Positions 1-8,718 of a DNA stretch of 27,120 nt are shown in pieces; within the stretch, counting starts at the first letter, position 1; each line of letters starts with the position of its first letter. Position numbers and translations under genes: made by a program. The notes beneath the pieces are model-generated. The model saw nothing but the letters and a program-made list of their open reading frames with translations, ran no database searches and had not been told where the DNA came from. This stretch comes from an uncultured Candidatus Saccharibacteria bacterium (GTDB lineage: Bacteria > Patescibacteriota > Minisyncoccia > Phycocordibacterales > PALSA-1337): the NCBI GenBank assembly GCA_964548575.1, contig CAZJQW010000003.1:1-27120 (forward strand). The letters are read 5' to 3'.

Positions 1-63
1 ACTCCCATGGGTTTCTCCGCACGATTTTGAGTCGTGTGCGTCTACCAATTCCGCCATCCCGGC
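1..63 (-). tRNA. tRNA-Leu(CAA), 3' end beyond the window edge
   Basis: Reverse strand reads GCCGGGATGGCGGAATTGGTAGACGCA-CACGA-CT-CAA-AA-TCGTG-CGGAGAAACCCATGGGAGT. It has a typical Leu D-loop, a 5-bp anticodon stem with anticodon CAA (27-29) and a long variable arm. Confidence 0.95.
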
Positions 64-127
64 CTTTTTACGAGCGTGACTATAGTCTACAAGAATTCTG
101 CTCGAAATCAAACTAGTTTTAGAAAAT

Positions 128-155
128 AAAAAAAAGCTGTCCAGAGGACAGCTTT
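128..155 (-). terminator. Intrinsic terminator of the 195-953 gene
   Basis: Perfect stem AAAGCTGTCC(133-142)/GGACAGCTTT(146-155), followed by a T-run on the minus strand. Confidence 0.8.
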
Positions 156-194
156 GAAAGATAACTGACTGACACAGGATTTTGGCTGTGGCGT

Positions 195-953
195 TCAAAC
201 TCCCATCTTAAGGATTTGATCCTTCGCATCCAGTGTATGTGCGAGCTTGGAAGCTAGTTGGGCCGATTCAACTTGAAGTTTTGCCCACTTCTCACACAGA
301 TGCATATCTTCATACGATTTGTGATTGCAGCAGTCGTAGCTCAGTCTCCCAAATAACTTTGAGCAGTTCCGATAAATTCGGACCGCTTGCTGTGGGTCGT
401 ATTTTTCGACTACCTTTCCGATCTCGTAGGCTTCTTCAGTCAATGATTCGCCAAGCCAATGCTCGTCGCTCAGATGGAGCGCGCAGTCTACTTTGCCGAT
501 GAGCAAGAGAGCTTTCGTGTGAGGTGTGATCTCGCTATGGTACCTGAAAGCGTCATTGATGTACGCTTTCGCTGACTTGAAGCGCCTGTAAGAGCGGAGC
601 ACGCTCTGCAAGATGTCGATCGCTTCCGGCGAAGCCTTTTCTGTGCCGACAAGGTCGACTCCTTTCCACGCGAAATCTAGAGCCCTCATTCTGCACCAAA
701 ATCCGAGAGGAACCCAGATTGGCGAGGACAAGACGAATTTGGCAAAAGCGATGGGGGAGCGCAATCCAGCTTTGAATGACGCGAAGGCGCTACCAGCGAT
801 CGTGATGTAAGTGCTCGCAAGAGCGATGTATGCGGCCGACCGCTCTTTTGCGTCTTTTGACCGCAAGGCTTTTCGATTTTTCTTTTGTGAAAAGAATAGT
901 TTGAGCCTCGAAATAGCCGAATCATGATTCCAACTCAATTTGTAAATGGACAT
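195..953 (-). CDS. Hypothetical protein (252 aa), largely helical with a hydrophobic stretch near residues 40-85
   Basis: Long ORF with an SD-like AAGAAAGGA upstream of ATG and its own terminator downstream. No family motif recognised. Confidence 0.75.
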   Translation of the reverse strand: MSIYKLSWNHDSAISRLKLFFSQKKNRKALRSKDAKERSAAYIALASTYITIAGSAFASFKAGLRSPIAFAKFVLSSPIWVPLGFWCRMRALDFAWKGVDLVGTEKASPEAIDILQSVLRSYRRFKSAKAYINDAFRYHSEITPHTKALLLIGKVDCALHLSDEHWLGESLTEEAYEIGKVVEKYDPQQAVRIYRNCSKLFGRLSYDCCNHKSYEDMHLCEKWAKLQVESAQLASKLAHTLDAKDQILKMGV

Positions 954-989
954 TGTTTGTTCCTTTCTTGGTTCACTGCCTGAAATTAC

Positions 990-1003
990 TATAACATGTT
1001 ATA
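990..1003. promoter_or_regulatory. Perfect 14-bp palindrome TATAACATGTTATA, possible operator
   Basis: Lies in the divergent intergenic region between the hypothetical gene and parB. Confidence 0.35.
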
Positions 1004-1052
1004 TGACGTTTATCAAGACTGCCAAAGTGGAATTTTGAAATATCTGCATAAA

Positions 1053-1061
1053 TGCTAAAAT
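1053..1061 (+). promoter_or_regulatory. Extended -10 promoter (TGcTAAAAT) of parB, probably leaderless
   Basis: TGn-TAnnnT ends 6 nt before ATG 1068; no SD. Confidence 0.6.
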
Positions 1062-1067
1062 GTTCAC

Positions 1068-2060
1068 ATGACTACAACCTATGTAAATGATGCAATCTTT
1101 TGGATCGAATTGGAAAAGATACATCCCAATCCGTATCAGCCCAGGCGAGAGTTCGACGAAGCCAGACTTAAAGATCTATCCGAATCTATTCGCATGTACG
1201 GAGTGCTACAGCCTCTCGTTGTCACAAGAAAAGAAGTATTCCATGAAGGAGGAGGAATGAGAGTAGAGTATGAACTTATTTCAGGAGAGCGCCGTCTGCG
1301 AGCTTCCAAGCTTGCGGGTCTTGCGCAAGTTCCAGCTCTCATAAGGAGCGGCCAAGAAGACGCTCAGCTCAAACTCGAGATGGCTATCATAGAAAACCTT
1401 CAGCGCGAAGATCTGAACGCCGTTGACCGCGCACGTTCTTTTGACAGGCTGGCCAAGGAATTTGGATTGAAGCAGTCTCAAATAGCCGACAAAGTTGGGA
1501 AGAGTAGAGAGTACGTTTCGAACTCGATGCGTATACTCCTGCTTCCACCAGAGATGATCACTGCCTTGGAAGAGGGAAAGATATCGGAGGGGCATACGAG
1601 GCCTTTGCTCATGCTCATCGACAGACCGGAAGAGCAGCTGGTCTTATTCAAAGAGATCCAGACAAAAAAGCTGACTGTTCGAGAGGCCGAGTCTCTCTCT
1701 AGGCGCGTAGCAACAGAAAAGATCAGGAACAAAGGCAAGTATCTAGATCCTCAGATCATTGAGATAGAAAAGAATTTTACAGAGTCTTTGGGTACGCGCG
1801 TTCGAATCGAGAAAAATAAAGAGGGAGGAACTGTCACTATAGATTTCTTCAGTCCAGATGATCTTCAGGCTCTCTTGGAAAGATTGAAGGGAGAAAGATC
1901 TGAAAAGATAGATGACAAAATGACACAAAATCCACAAATTGAATCAAAGCCGGATTCTTCTGATACGAAACAGACACCAGTGGATGATCGCGCCCCCCAA
2001 GACATAAAGAAGCAAGAAGATAGCGAAGACTTGTATTCCTTAAAAGATTTCTCCTTATAG
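1068..2060 (+). CDS. parB: ParB/Spo0J chromosome-partitioning protein
   Basis: NPYQPRREF, GVLQPLVV, the CTP-binding motif GERRLRA, IIENLQREDLN and an HTH region. Confidence 0.95.
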   Translation: MTTTYVNDAIFWIELEKIHPNPYQPRREFDEARLKDLSESIRMYGVLQPLVVTRKEVFHEGGGMRVEYELISGERRLRASKLAGLAQVPALIRSGQEDAQLKLEMAIIENLQREDLNAVDRARSFDRLAKEFGLKQSQIADKVGKSREYVSNSMRILLLPPEMITALEEGKISEGHTRPLLMLIDRPEEQLVLFKEIQTKKLTVREAESLSRRVATEKIRNKGKYLDPQIIEIEKNFTESLGTRVRIEKNKEGGTVTIDFFSPDDLQALLERLKGERSEKIDDKMTQNPQIESKPDSSDTKQTPVDDRAPQDIKKQEDSEDLYSLKDFSL

Positions 2061-2065
2061 GCATC

Positions 2066-2110
2066 AAAAGAAAAGGCCTGATCGTCCGGATGATCAGGCC
2101 TTATATTCTT
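2066..2110. terminator. Bidirectional intrinsic terminator
   Basis: 11-bp stem AAGGCCTGATC(2073-2083)/GATCAGGCCTT(2092-2102), with an A-run before and T-rich sequence after. Confidence 0.8.
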
Positions 2111-2227
2111 GTATCTCCCATTGTATTTGTAACTCACCGGTGGCGTCTAGACGCCTGCACCATAAGACTATTTTCGTCCACAGCCAGGAGACCGAGTGAG
2201 TACCTTTTTTTATATTATCTCTGCTCC
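2066..2227 (-). ncRNA. Candidate structured small RNA between parB and topA; ends approximate
   Basis: Perfect TGaTATAAT upstream (2242-2234), a multi-stem core at 2129-2203 and a terminator at 2073-2102. The only ATG ORF contained in the interval is 9 aa. Confidence 0.45.
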
Positions 2228-2233
2228 AGAACA

Positions 2234-2242
2234 ATTATATCA
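2234..2242 (-). promoter_or_regulatory. Consensus extended -10 (TGaTATAAT) with no protein gene downstream
   Basis: Plus strand ATTATATCA at 2234-2242, just 3' of the topA stop. Confidence 0.55.
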
Positions 2243-2264
2243 TGTCTTTTAGAGAAAGGGTCCA

Positions 2265-4580
2265 TTATTTTTGCTCCGATTTCTTTTTTTGAAATCCGCG
2301 CTTGGCTTTCGGAGTAGCGAGTATTTCGAGGGCTCGTTCTAGAGTGATGCCGTACACGTCATCGGGTGATTTTATAGATCGAAATTCTCCGTCCTCCATA
2401 ATATACGGGCCGAACCTTCCTCGTGATGCGATGATGTCTTTGCCTGTCTTCGGGTTTGTTCCAAGCTTCTTGGGCAAACTCAAGAACTTGAGAGCTTCCG
2501 TGACAGTGACTTTTGATGGGTCGATTCCTTTGGGGATAGAAGCCATTTTTGGTTTCACTGGCTTTGGTTCGAGTGGTTGTTCAGCCTGATTCTTTGGTAC
2601 AACTTCTCCATCTTTGACTACATTTTCGGCTTCCTTATCTGCTTTGATTTTCTTTTTCTTAGCGCCTTTTTTTTTCTTTTCTAGCCTCTTTCCGAGTTGG
2701 ACGTATGGTCCGAACCTGCCAGTCAATACGAATATAGGCAAACCAGTTTCTGGGTCATGCCCTATGGGTTCGTCTTTTTTAAATTCGTGACCCTCGAGAG
2801 TAAGTGCGCCTTCGCAATCGGGATATTTGGAACAAGAAAGGAACTTGCCATTCTTTCCAAGTTTGATCTCCATAGGTCCTTTGCAAGTGGGGCATTTGAA
2901 TTTGGGATCAGCTTTGCCGAGGTTCGTGAGCTTGTCAATCTTTTCTTTTGACTTAACTTCGCTGTGGAATGGCTTGTAGAAATCGCGTAAAGTCTTCTCG
3001 TATGTACGAGTGCCGTTCGCTATCTCATCGAGGTGGTCCTCCATTTCGGCTGTGAATGAATCGCTGATATAAGTTGGGAAGTTCTCTTCCAGAAATGATG
3101 AAACAACATCTCCAGTGTCTGTGGGTATTATAGATTTGTTTTCTTTCTGTATATACCCGCGGTCTTCAATAGTTTTTGAAATAGAAGCGTATGTAGAAGG
3201 TCGTCCGATGCCTCTTTTCTCGAGCTCTTTGATGAGTCCAGCTTCGGTGTACCTTGGGGGAGGTTGAGTTTGCTTCTCCTCTGAATCTATAGACATGAGA
3301 TCTATAAGCTCACCTACTGTGACTTTGGGTAAGATACCTGCTTCGCCTTCAGACTCTGGATCTGCTTTGAGCCAACCATTGAATATGACTCGAGACCCTG
3401 TCGCTTCAAATACGGGCACCTCCGAGTCTGATTCGACGTTCGCACAAACTTTTGTTCTGGCTATGCGAGCATCTGACATTTGTGAAGCGATAGTTCTCTG
3501 CCAAATGAGTCGGTAGAGTTTCTTTTGCTCGTCCGAATGGCCAGCGGATAACTTGTTCATGTTCGTAGGTCGAACAGCTTCATGGGCTTCCTGTGCATTC
3601 TTGCTCTTTGTCGCATAGGTTCTAAATGACAGATAATCCTTCCCGTATGATTTCTCTATAGCGCCTGCGATCTGGCCCAATGCTTGTTTGCCTAGATTGG
3701 TAGAATCTGTACGCATATAGGTGATGTGACCTGACTCATACAGCTTCTGTGCAATGCCCATAGTTCGGGATGGAGAGAAGCCTAGTCTGGAGCTCGCTGC
3801 TTGTTGGAGAGTAGAAGTTATGAATGGTGCGCGAGGCGATCTCTTTTGTTCGGTTTCTTCTACGCTCGCTATCTTCCACGCGCCTTTTTTCGCACGCTCT
3901 AAAATATTCGAGACCTGCTTTTGTTCTTTTGGCTCTACAGAGCAAGTGAGCCTGAGAGACTCTCTGTTCGCTGTTTTCCATTCTCCGGCGATGACCCAGT
4001 ATGTTAGAGGATTGAATGCACGAATCTCGCGCTCCCGTTCCATGATGATGCGCAGAGCGGGAGATTGGACCCGACCAGCAGAAAGGCCGTATCTGACTTT
4101 TTTCCAAATAAGCCCTGAAAGGTCGTATCCTACTATGCGGTCGAGAACACGCCTGGCCTCTTGAGCTTCACGCAGATGTTGGTCTATGTCTCTTGGGTTT
4201 TCCAAAGCTTCCAATACAGCTTCCTTTGTGATCTCGTGATAGGTGATGCGCTTGAGCTTCTTTTTTATCGAAGCACCCACACGGTCTTTGAGGACTTCGG
4301 CGATGTGCCAAGCAATAGCTTCTCCTTCTCGGTCGGGGTCTGTTGCTAGGAGTATCTCTTCCGCTTTTACAGCAGAGCTTACTATGTCGGCGATCACCGG
4401 TTCTTTTTTCGCAACTACTTCATAGTGTGGCAAAAATCCGCCCTCGATGTCGATGGCTTTTTTGCTGGATTTGGGCAGATCGCGCACGTGGCCAACCGAT
4501 GCTTTTACGATGTAGCCATTCCCAAGATATTTTGAAATCGTCTTTGATTTCGAAGGTGACTCGACTATTACTAGCTTCAT
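2265..4580 (-). CDS. topA: DNA topoisomerase I (type IA)
   Basis: LVIVESPSK, ASVGHVRDL, ATDPDREGEAIAWH, SAGRVQSPAL, catalytic GHITYMRTDS and AQEAHEAVRPT. The C-terminus has one Zn ribbon plus GRFGPY repeats. Confidence 0.98.
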   Translation of the reverse strand: MKLVIVESPSKSKTISKYLGNGYIVKASVGHVRDLPKSSKKAIDIEGGFLPHYEVVAKKEPVIADIVSSAVKAEEILLATDPDREGEAIAWHIAEVLKDRVGASIKKKLKRITYHEITKEAVLEALENPRDIDQHLREAQEARRVLDRIVGYDLSGLIWKKVRYGLSAGRVQSPALRIIMEREREIRAFNPLTYWVIAGEWKTANRESLRLTCSVEPKEQKQVSNILERAKKGAWKIASVEETEQKRSPRAPFITSTLQQAASSRLGFSPSRTMGIAQKLYESGHITYMRTDSTNLGKQALGQIAGAIEKSYGKDYLSFRTYATKSKNAQEAHEAVRPTNMNKLSAGHSDEQKKLYRLIWQRTIASQMSDARIARTKVCANVESDSEVPVFEATGSRVIFNGWLKADPESEGEAGILPKVTVGELIDLMSIDSEEKQTQPPPRYTEAGLIKELEKRGIGRPSTYASISKTIEDRGYIQKENKSIIPTDTGDVVSSFLEENFPTYISDSFTAEMEDHLDEIANGTRTYEKTLRDFYKPFHSEVKSKEKIDKLTNLGKADPKFKCPTCKGPMEIKLGKNGKFLSCSKYPDCEGALTLEGHEFKKDEPIGHDPETGLPIFVLTGRFGPYVQLGKRLEKKKKGAKKKKIKADKEAENVVKDGEVVPKNQAEQPLEPKPVKPKMASIPKGIDPSKVTVTEALKFLSLPKKLGTNPKTGKDIIASRGRFGPYIMEDGEFRSIKSPDDVYGITLERALEILATPKAKRGFQKKKSEQK

Positions 4581-4615
4581 GTGTTCCTAGTATTACACGA
4601 TATTCCATGTTAGGT

Positions 4616-5518
4616 CTAGTGATTCATCTTGAACTTGCCGTCTTTTTGAGTTACAAGGCCATGTATTTCGAGAGTTCCAATTGTAACATTCACAAGAGTC
4701 ATAACCATGCCAGTTCTTTCCACAAGCTCGCTCGCTGTTCCAGGTTCGCGCTGCAATTCTGCAATGATGCGTGTTTGCTCATCGGTGAGACGTATCTGAT
4801 CAAGAAAGTTAATGCTCCTTTCGGGATCATAGCCCAATGATTCCAGAATGTCTCTACCAGATCTTATGAGTGCCGCTCCTTTGCGAATGAGCATATTGGG
4901 TCCGTAGGAACGGTCTCTGCTTATGTCTCCAGGTACGCAGTATATTTCACGATGAAAATTCTCGGCGTACTTGGCAGTAAGAAGGGTACCTGAATGTTGA
5001 GCGCCTTCTATAATGAGCACTGCGTGAGATACGCCAGCCATGAGAACATTGCGCTTTGGAAAAGTCCATTCCCCGCCATTTTTGTAGTGTTCGAATGGAG
5101 ATACAAGACAACCACCGCTTTCGAGTATCTTTTCTGCTAATTCGAGACGTGAGGGCGGGTACAATACTTTGGGATGAAGTCCTGAACCAGGAAAAGCCAT
5201 GGTCTTGAGGCCAGCCTTTATGGCTGCTTCGTGTGCAATGGAATCTATGCCTATTGCCATCCCTGAGACAATGCATATATTGCGTCCGCTAAGACCGCCA
5301 ATGATGCTCCTGCACATTTCGCGTCCATAGTCGCTATTGCGTCGCGACCCAATGACGCATAGGTATTTGTATTCATCGCCAGGAATATTTCCTGCTATCT
5401 CTAACCATTTTGGCTTGCCTGGAGTTTCCAATAGCAAAAAGGGGAATTCTGGTTGATAAATGCGTCTCGTATCGAACCTATCGAAAAGGGTGATGCTTTG
5501 GCTTTGTTGTTCATTCAC
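4616..5518 (-). CDS. dprA: DNA-processing protein DprA/Smf
   Basis: VIGSR, IVSGMAIGIDSIAH, FPKRNVLMAG, SGTLLTA, VPGDI and a C-terminal winged-helix-like segment; classic dprA-topA synteny. GTG start. Confidence 0.93.
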   Translation of the reverse strand: MNEQQSQSITLFDRFDTRRIYQPEFPFLLLETPGKPKWLEIAGNIPGDEYKYLCVIGSRRNSDYGREMCRSIIGGLSGRNICIVSGMAIGIDSIAHEAAIKAGLKTMAFPGSGLHPKVLYPPSRLELAEKILESGGCLVSPFEHYKNGGEWTFPKRNVLMAGVSHAVLIIEGAQHSGTLLTAKYAENFHREIYCVPGDISRDRSYGPNMLIRKGAALIRSGRDILESLGYDPERSINFLDQIRLTDEQTRIIAELQREPGTASELVERTGMVMTLVNVTIGTLEIHGLVTQKDGKFKMNH

Positions 5519-5524
5519 GAAGGC

Positions 5525-5533
5525 ATCGTATCA
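5525..5533 (-). promoter_or_regulatory. Extended -10 (TGaTACGAT) of dprA
   Basis: Ends 6 nt before GTG 5518. Confidence 0.55.
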
Positions 5534-5571
5534 CTTGGTGATAAAGCAACCTTCAAAAAGTCCTGAAATAA

Positions 5572-5580
5572 TGATAAAGT
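5572..5580 (+). promoter_or_regulatory. Extended -10 (TGaTAAAGT) of serS
   Basis: Ends 9 nt before ATG 5590; the same 9-mer precedes pyrD. Confidence 0.55.
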
Positions 5581-5589
5581 TTATGCACT

Positions 5590-6852
5590 ATGTTAGACAT
5601 CAAATTCATTCGAGAGAATAAAGAGCTCATCACTTCGGCGTCCAAGAAAAAGCATATCCAGTTTGCGGTGGACGACCTTTTAGCTGTTGATGACAAGAGG
5701 CGGATTCTTTTGGCTAGCGTCGAGAAATTGCGGGCAGAGCAAAATGCCGCAAATGCCAAGATAGCATCTTCAGAAGGGGAGCAAAGGGCCGCGCTCATCT
5801 CGAGCATGAAGCAAGTCAAGTCTGACCTCGAAAGGAGCGAAGAAGAATTGAAAGAGATCATGAAGACTTGGCAGTCTCTCATGCTTTCTGTGCCGAATAT
5901 TCCCGATATATCTGTTCCAGACGGACTTTCTGATGCCGATAACAAAGAGCTGAGATCATGGGGCGAGAAGACTTCCTTTGTATTTGATCCGAAAGATCAC
6001 GTAGAGATTATGACTACTCTCAAAATGGTTGACTTTGATCGAGGTTCGAAGGTGCACGGATTTCGTGGGTACTTTTTGATAGGAGATGGTGCACGTTTGG
6101 CTTTTGCCATCTGGAACTATGCTTTGGATTTTTGGAGCAAAAAATCATTCGTGCCAGTTATTCCACCCATACTCGTTCGCAAGATCAACCTTTTTGGCAC
6201 AGGCTATCTGCCTCAAGGCGAGGAAGACATGTACAAAACTCAAGATGGAGATTTCTTGGCAGGTACCGCAGAGGTGCCTCTCATGGGATTTTACTCGGAC
6301 GAAGTTCTACCCCAATCCGAACTTCCCAAAAAATTCCTCGGATTTTCTCCATGCTATAGGAGAGAAGCGGGCGCGCACGGAAAAGATGTACGAGGCCTCA
6401 TCCGCGTCCACGAATTCTACAAATTCGAGCAAGTCATCCTTTGCGAAGCGAACCACGAGACCTCGGTCAAACTGCATGAGGAGATCAATGGCAATACAGA
6501 AGAATTCATCGAGACTCTCGGCATACCGTATAGAACAGTGGTGAATTGTGGAGGCGATGTCGGGCTTGGCCAAGTAAAAAAATATGATATAGAGCTTTGG
6601 GTACCCAAAGAAGGCAAGTATCGCGAGATTTCCTCAGCTTCATATTTCCATGATTTTCAAACGAGGCGTCTCAATATCCGATACAAGGACAGTGAAGGTG
6701 TCCTCAGGTATGCTCACTCCCTCAACTCAACAGCCATTCCTACCCCGCGAATCCTCGTATCTCTCATCGAAAACTATCAGCAAGCCGATGGTAGTGTGAA
6801 GGTTCCTGACGCCCTAGTCAAATATTTTGGAAAGGATAAGATCTCACTCTAA
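5590..6852 (+). CDS. serS: Serine--tRNA ligase
   Basis: MLDIKFIREN start, N-terminal coiled coil, LAGTAEVPL, CYRREAG, RVHEFYKFEQ, EISSAS and HSLNSTAIPTPR. Confidence 0.98.
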   Translation: MLDIKFIRENKELITSASKKKHIQFAVDDLLAVDDKRRILLASVEKLRAEQNAANAKIASSEGEQRAALISSMKQVKSDLERSEEELKEIMKTWQSLMLSVPNIPDISVPDGLSDADNKELRSWGEKTSFVFDPKDHVEIMTTLKMVDFDRGSKVHGFRGYFLIGDGARLAFAIWNYALDFWSKKSFVPVIPPILVRKINLFGTGYLPQGEEDMYKTQDGDFLAGTAEVPLMGFYSDEVLPQSELPKKFLGFSPCYRREAGAHGKDVRGLIRVHEFYKFEQVILCEANHETSVKLHEEINGNTEEFIETLGIPYRTVVNCGGDVGLGQVKKYDIELWVPKEGKYREISSASYFHDFQTRRLNIRYKDSEGVLRYAHSLNSTAIPTPRILVSLIENYQQADGSVKVPDALVKYFGKDKISL

Positions 6853-6853
6853 C

Positions 6854-7762
6854 ATGAAGCTGAGGAGCAGAATCTCCAATATACAATCGAAGAAATACAT
6901 CGAGAAAAAAAAGACTCGGATGGTAGTCTCGATATGTCTAACGATAGTCTCTCTTGTAGTTTGGGGATTTGCGGTCGTACGACTTTCCAATATCCATGCT
7001 TTGGCCATCGAAGAAATCGTAGTCGAAGGTGCTGACCCTATCTTGAAATCAAAGATCGAATCCGCCGCATTACAAGCTTTAGAAGGCAAACGATTCGGCC
7101 TTTTTTCAAAGGGCAATGCTTGGTTCTATTCGAAGCAAAGCGTTGTGAGTGCAGTGTTGGCTGTTTCTCCTCAAATAACCGATACGGAAATCTCTCTAAA
7201 ATCTAGCTTTTTACAAATTAAGGTGAACGAAAAAGTTCCATCGGCATTGGTGTGCATCGGGTTTCCTGATTTGAATACAGACTTTGATGAAGATGAGTCA
7301 GACTCCGAAGCCCCTTGTTACTTTGCTGATGAGGATGGTCTCCTTTACGCAGAGTCTCCAAAATTCTCGGGCAAGGTCTACAATAGATATTTTGTACCTA
7401 GTTTGTCTTCGTCAGAGGATGTGGAGAAACCGATCATAGGTTCATTCGCCACTTCAACAGAGATCTTTACGGCATTGCAGGATTTTACGAAATCTATGCA
7501 GGATTCACATATAGAAGTCGAAGCTATTCTCATAAAAGAGGATGGGGAATTTGAGATGTTCACACATTCAGGGCTTGGTGATAAAACACTGACGATCATA
7601 TATCTGAATTATGCCCGGCCATTATCGGAGCAGGGTGCAAATCTCGTGTCTTTTTGGAAAGAAATGTCTAAACAAAAATCTGGAACTGGAGCTCAAGGAG
7701 TCCCATCATTCGAATACATCGACGTGAGGTATGGTTCTCATGTATATTATCGAGTGATATGA
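6854..7762 (+). CDS. FtsQ/DivIB-like single-pass membrane protein
   Basis: Basic N-tail, one TM helix, a POTRA-like region, LQIKVNEKVP, CYFADEDG and C-terminal YIDVRYGSHVYYR. ATG 6854 follows the serS stop by 1 nt. Confidence 0.6.
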   Translation: MKLRSRISNIQSKKYIEKKKTRMVVSICLTIVSLVVWGFAVVRLSNIHALAIEEIVVEGADPILKSKIESAALQALEGKRFGLFSKGNAWFYSKQSVVSAVLAVSPQITDTEISLKSSFLQIKVNEKVPSALVCIGFPDLNTDFDEDESDSEAPCYFADEDGLLYAESPKFSGKVYNRYFVPSLSSSEDVEKPIIGSFATSTEIFTALQDFTKSMQDSHIEVEAILIKEDGEFEMFTHSGLGDKTLTIIYLNYARPLSEQGANLVSFWKEMSKQKSGTGAQGVPSFEYIDVRYGSHVYYRVI

Positions 7763-8712
7763 GGAATTTTTTCATCTTGGTTTGGGGAGGCCTCACCGCA
7801 GTCGGTACTGGCATATTGATCGCATATCTTTTGATAAGCGGGTGGAATAGCCTAGTTCCAAGCCTTACAAATGGCAAAGCCGCAGAAATGTTAAAGAAGA
7901 CTATGGTCTTCAATGCTGCCGAAGAAGAAGATGCAATCATGATCGCAGCTCATAGCGAACTTTTGAAAGGAGACATAACCGCTAAGTCATATTTTGTTCG
8001 GAATATCACGGGTACGACGACTTTGGCTTACACTGGAGAGTTTGTTCCTGTTGGCGGAGGTTCGGTCATCGCAGAGAAGGATGCGGAGACTATGATGCCC
8101 ATAGCTTCCATCACAAAGCTTGTGACCGCTGTTATCGTAAATGAAAATATCCCGCCAAATGCGAGGATCACTTTGACTCGAGACATTGTAGGAGTGTATG
8201 GAAATACTGCGAACTTCAAAGTTGGAGAGACATTCAAGGCACAAGACCTCATGTATCCTCTTCTCATGGTCTCTTCGAATGATGCGGCAGAAGCATTCGC
8301 GAGATATTCTGGACGCAATAATTTCATTAAAGCAATGAATGATTTTGCTCAAGAGATTGGTGCTTATAGAACATATTTTGCGGATCCGTCTGGCCTTTCG
8401 AAATTCAATGTTTCCACAGCCAAAGACGTCGCTCTCATCCTTGAATGGATTGCCAAAAACCGGCCTCAGATTATGGCGACTACTCAACTCAAAACCAAGA
8501 CCATTCGAGATCATACTTGGGTCAACCCGACTCATTTCTTGTCATGGACGAACTATGCTGGCGGTAAGAATGGCTACACGACTGAAGCCAATAGGACCGC
8601 AGCCTCTCTATTCAGGATAGGCAAGAATAACGAATTGTATGCTGTAGTCATTTTGGGCAGCAAGTCGCGCGATAGCGATGAATTCAAGCTGTTGAATAAG
8701 ATAAAGCAATAG
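7759..8712 (+). CDS. D-alanyl-D-alanine carboxypeptidase (peptidase S11)
   Basis: N-terminal TM helix, SxxK (ASITK), SxN (SSNDAA), DPSGL and a KTG-like GKNGYT. 4-nt overlap with the upstream gene. Confidence 0.9.
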   Translation: MRNFFILVWGGLTAVGTGILIAYLLISGWNSLVPSLTNGKAAEMLKKTMVFNAAEEEDAIMIAAHSELLKGDITAKSYFVRNITGTTTLAYTGEFVPVGGGSVIAEKDAETMMPIASITKLVTAVIVNENIPPNARITLTRDIVGVYGNTANFKVGETFKAQDLMYPLLMVSSNDAAEAFARYSGRNNFIKAMNDFAQEIGAYRTYFADPSGLSKFNVSTAKDVALILEWIAKNRPQIMATTQLKTKTIRDHTWVNPTHFLSWTNYAGGKNGYTTEANRTAASLFRIGKNNELYAVVILGSKSRDSDEFKLLNKIKQ

Positions 8713-8718
8713 GGTACA

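Noticed and set aside
1865-2137. 90-aa minus-strand ORF starting inside the candidate sRNA
   Set aside because: It runs through the terminator and antisense into parB, has a GTG start with no SD, and has no recognisable content.
2129-2203. Candidate sRNA as a pistol or hammerhead ribozyme, SRP or 6S RNA
   Set aside because: AAAUAG and GGUGCA fragments occur, but the pistol P1/pseudoknot, hammerhead CUGAUGA, SRP GGAAGGAAGCAG and the 6S rod with a central bubble are not present.
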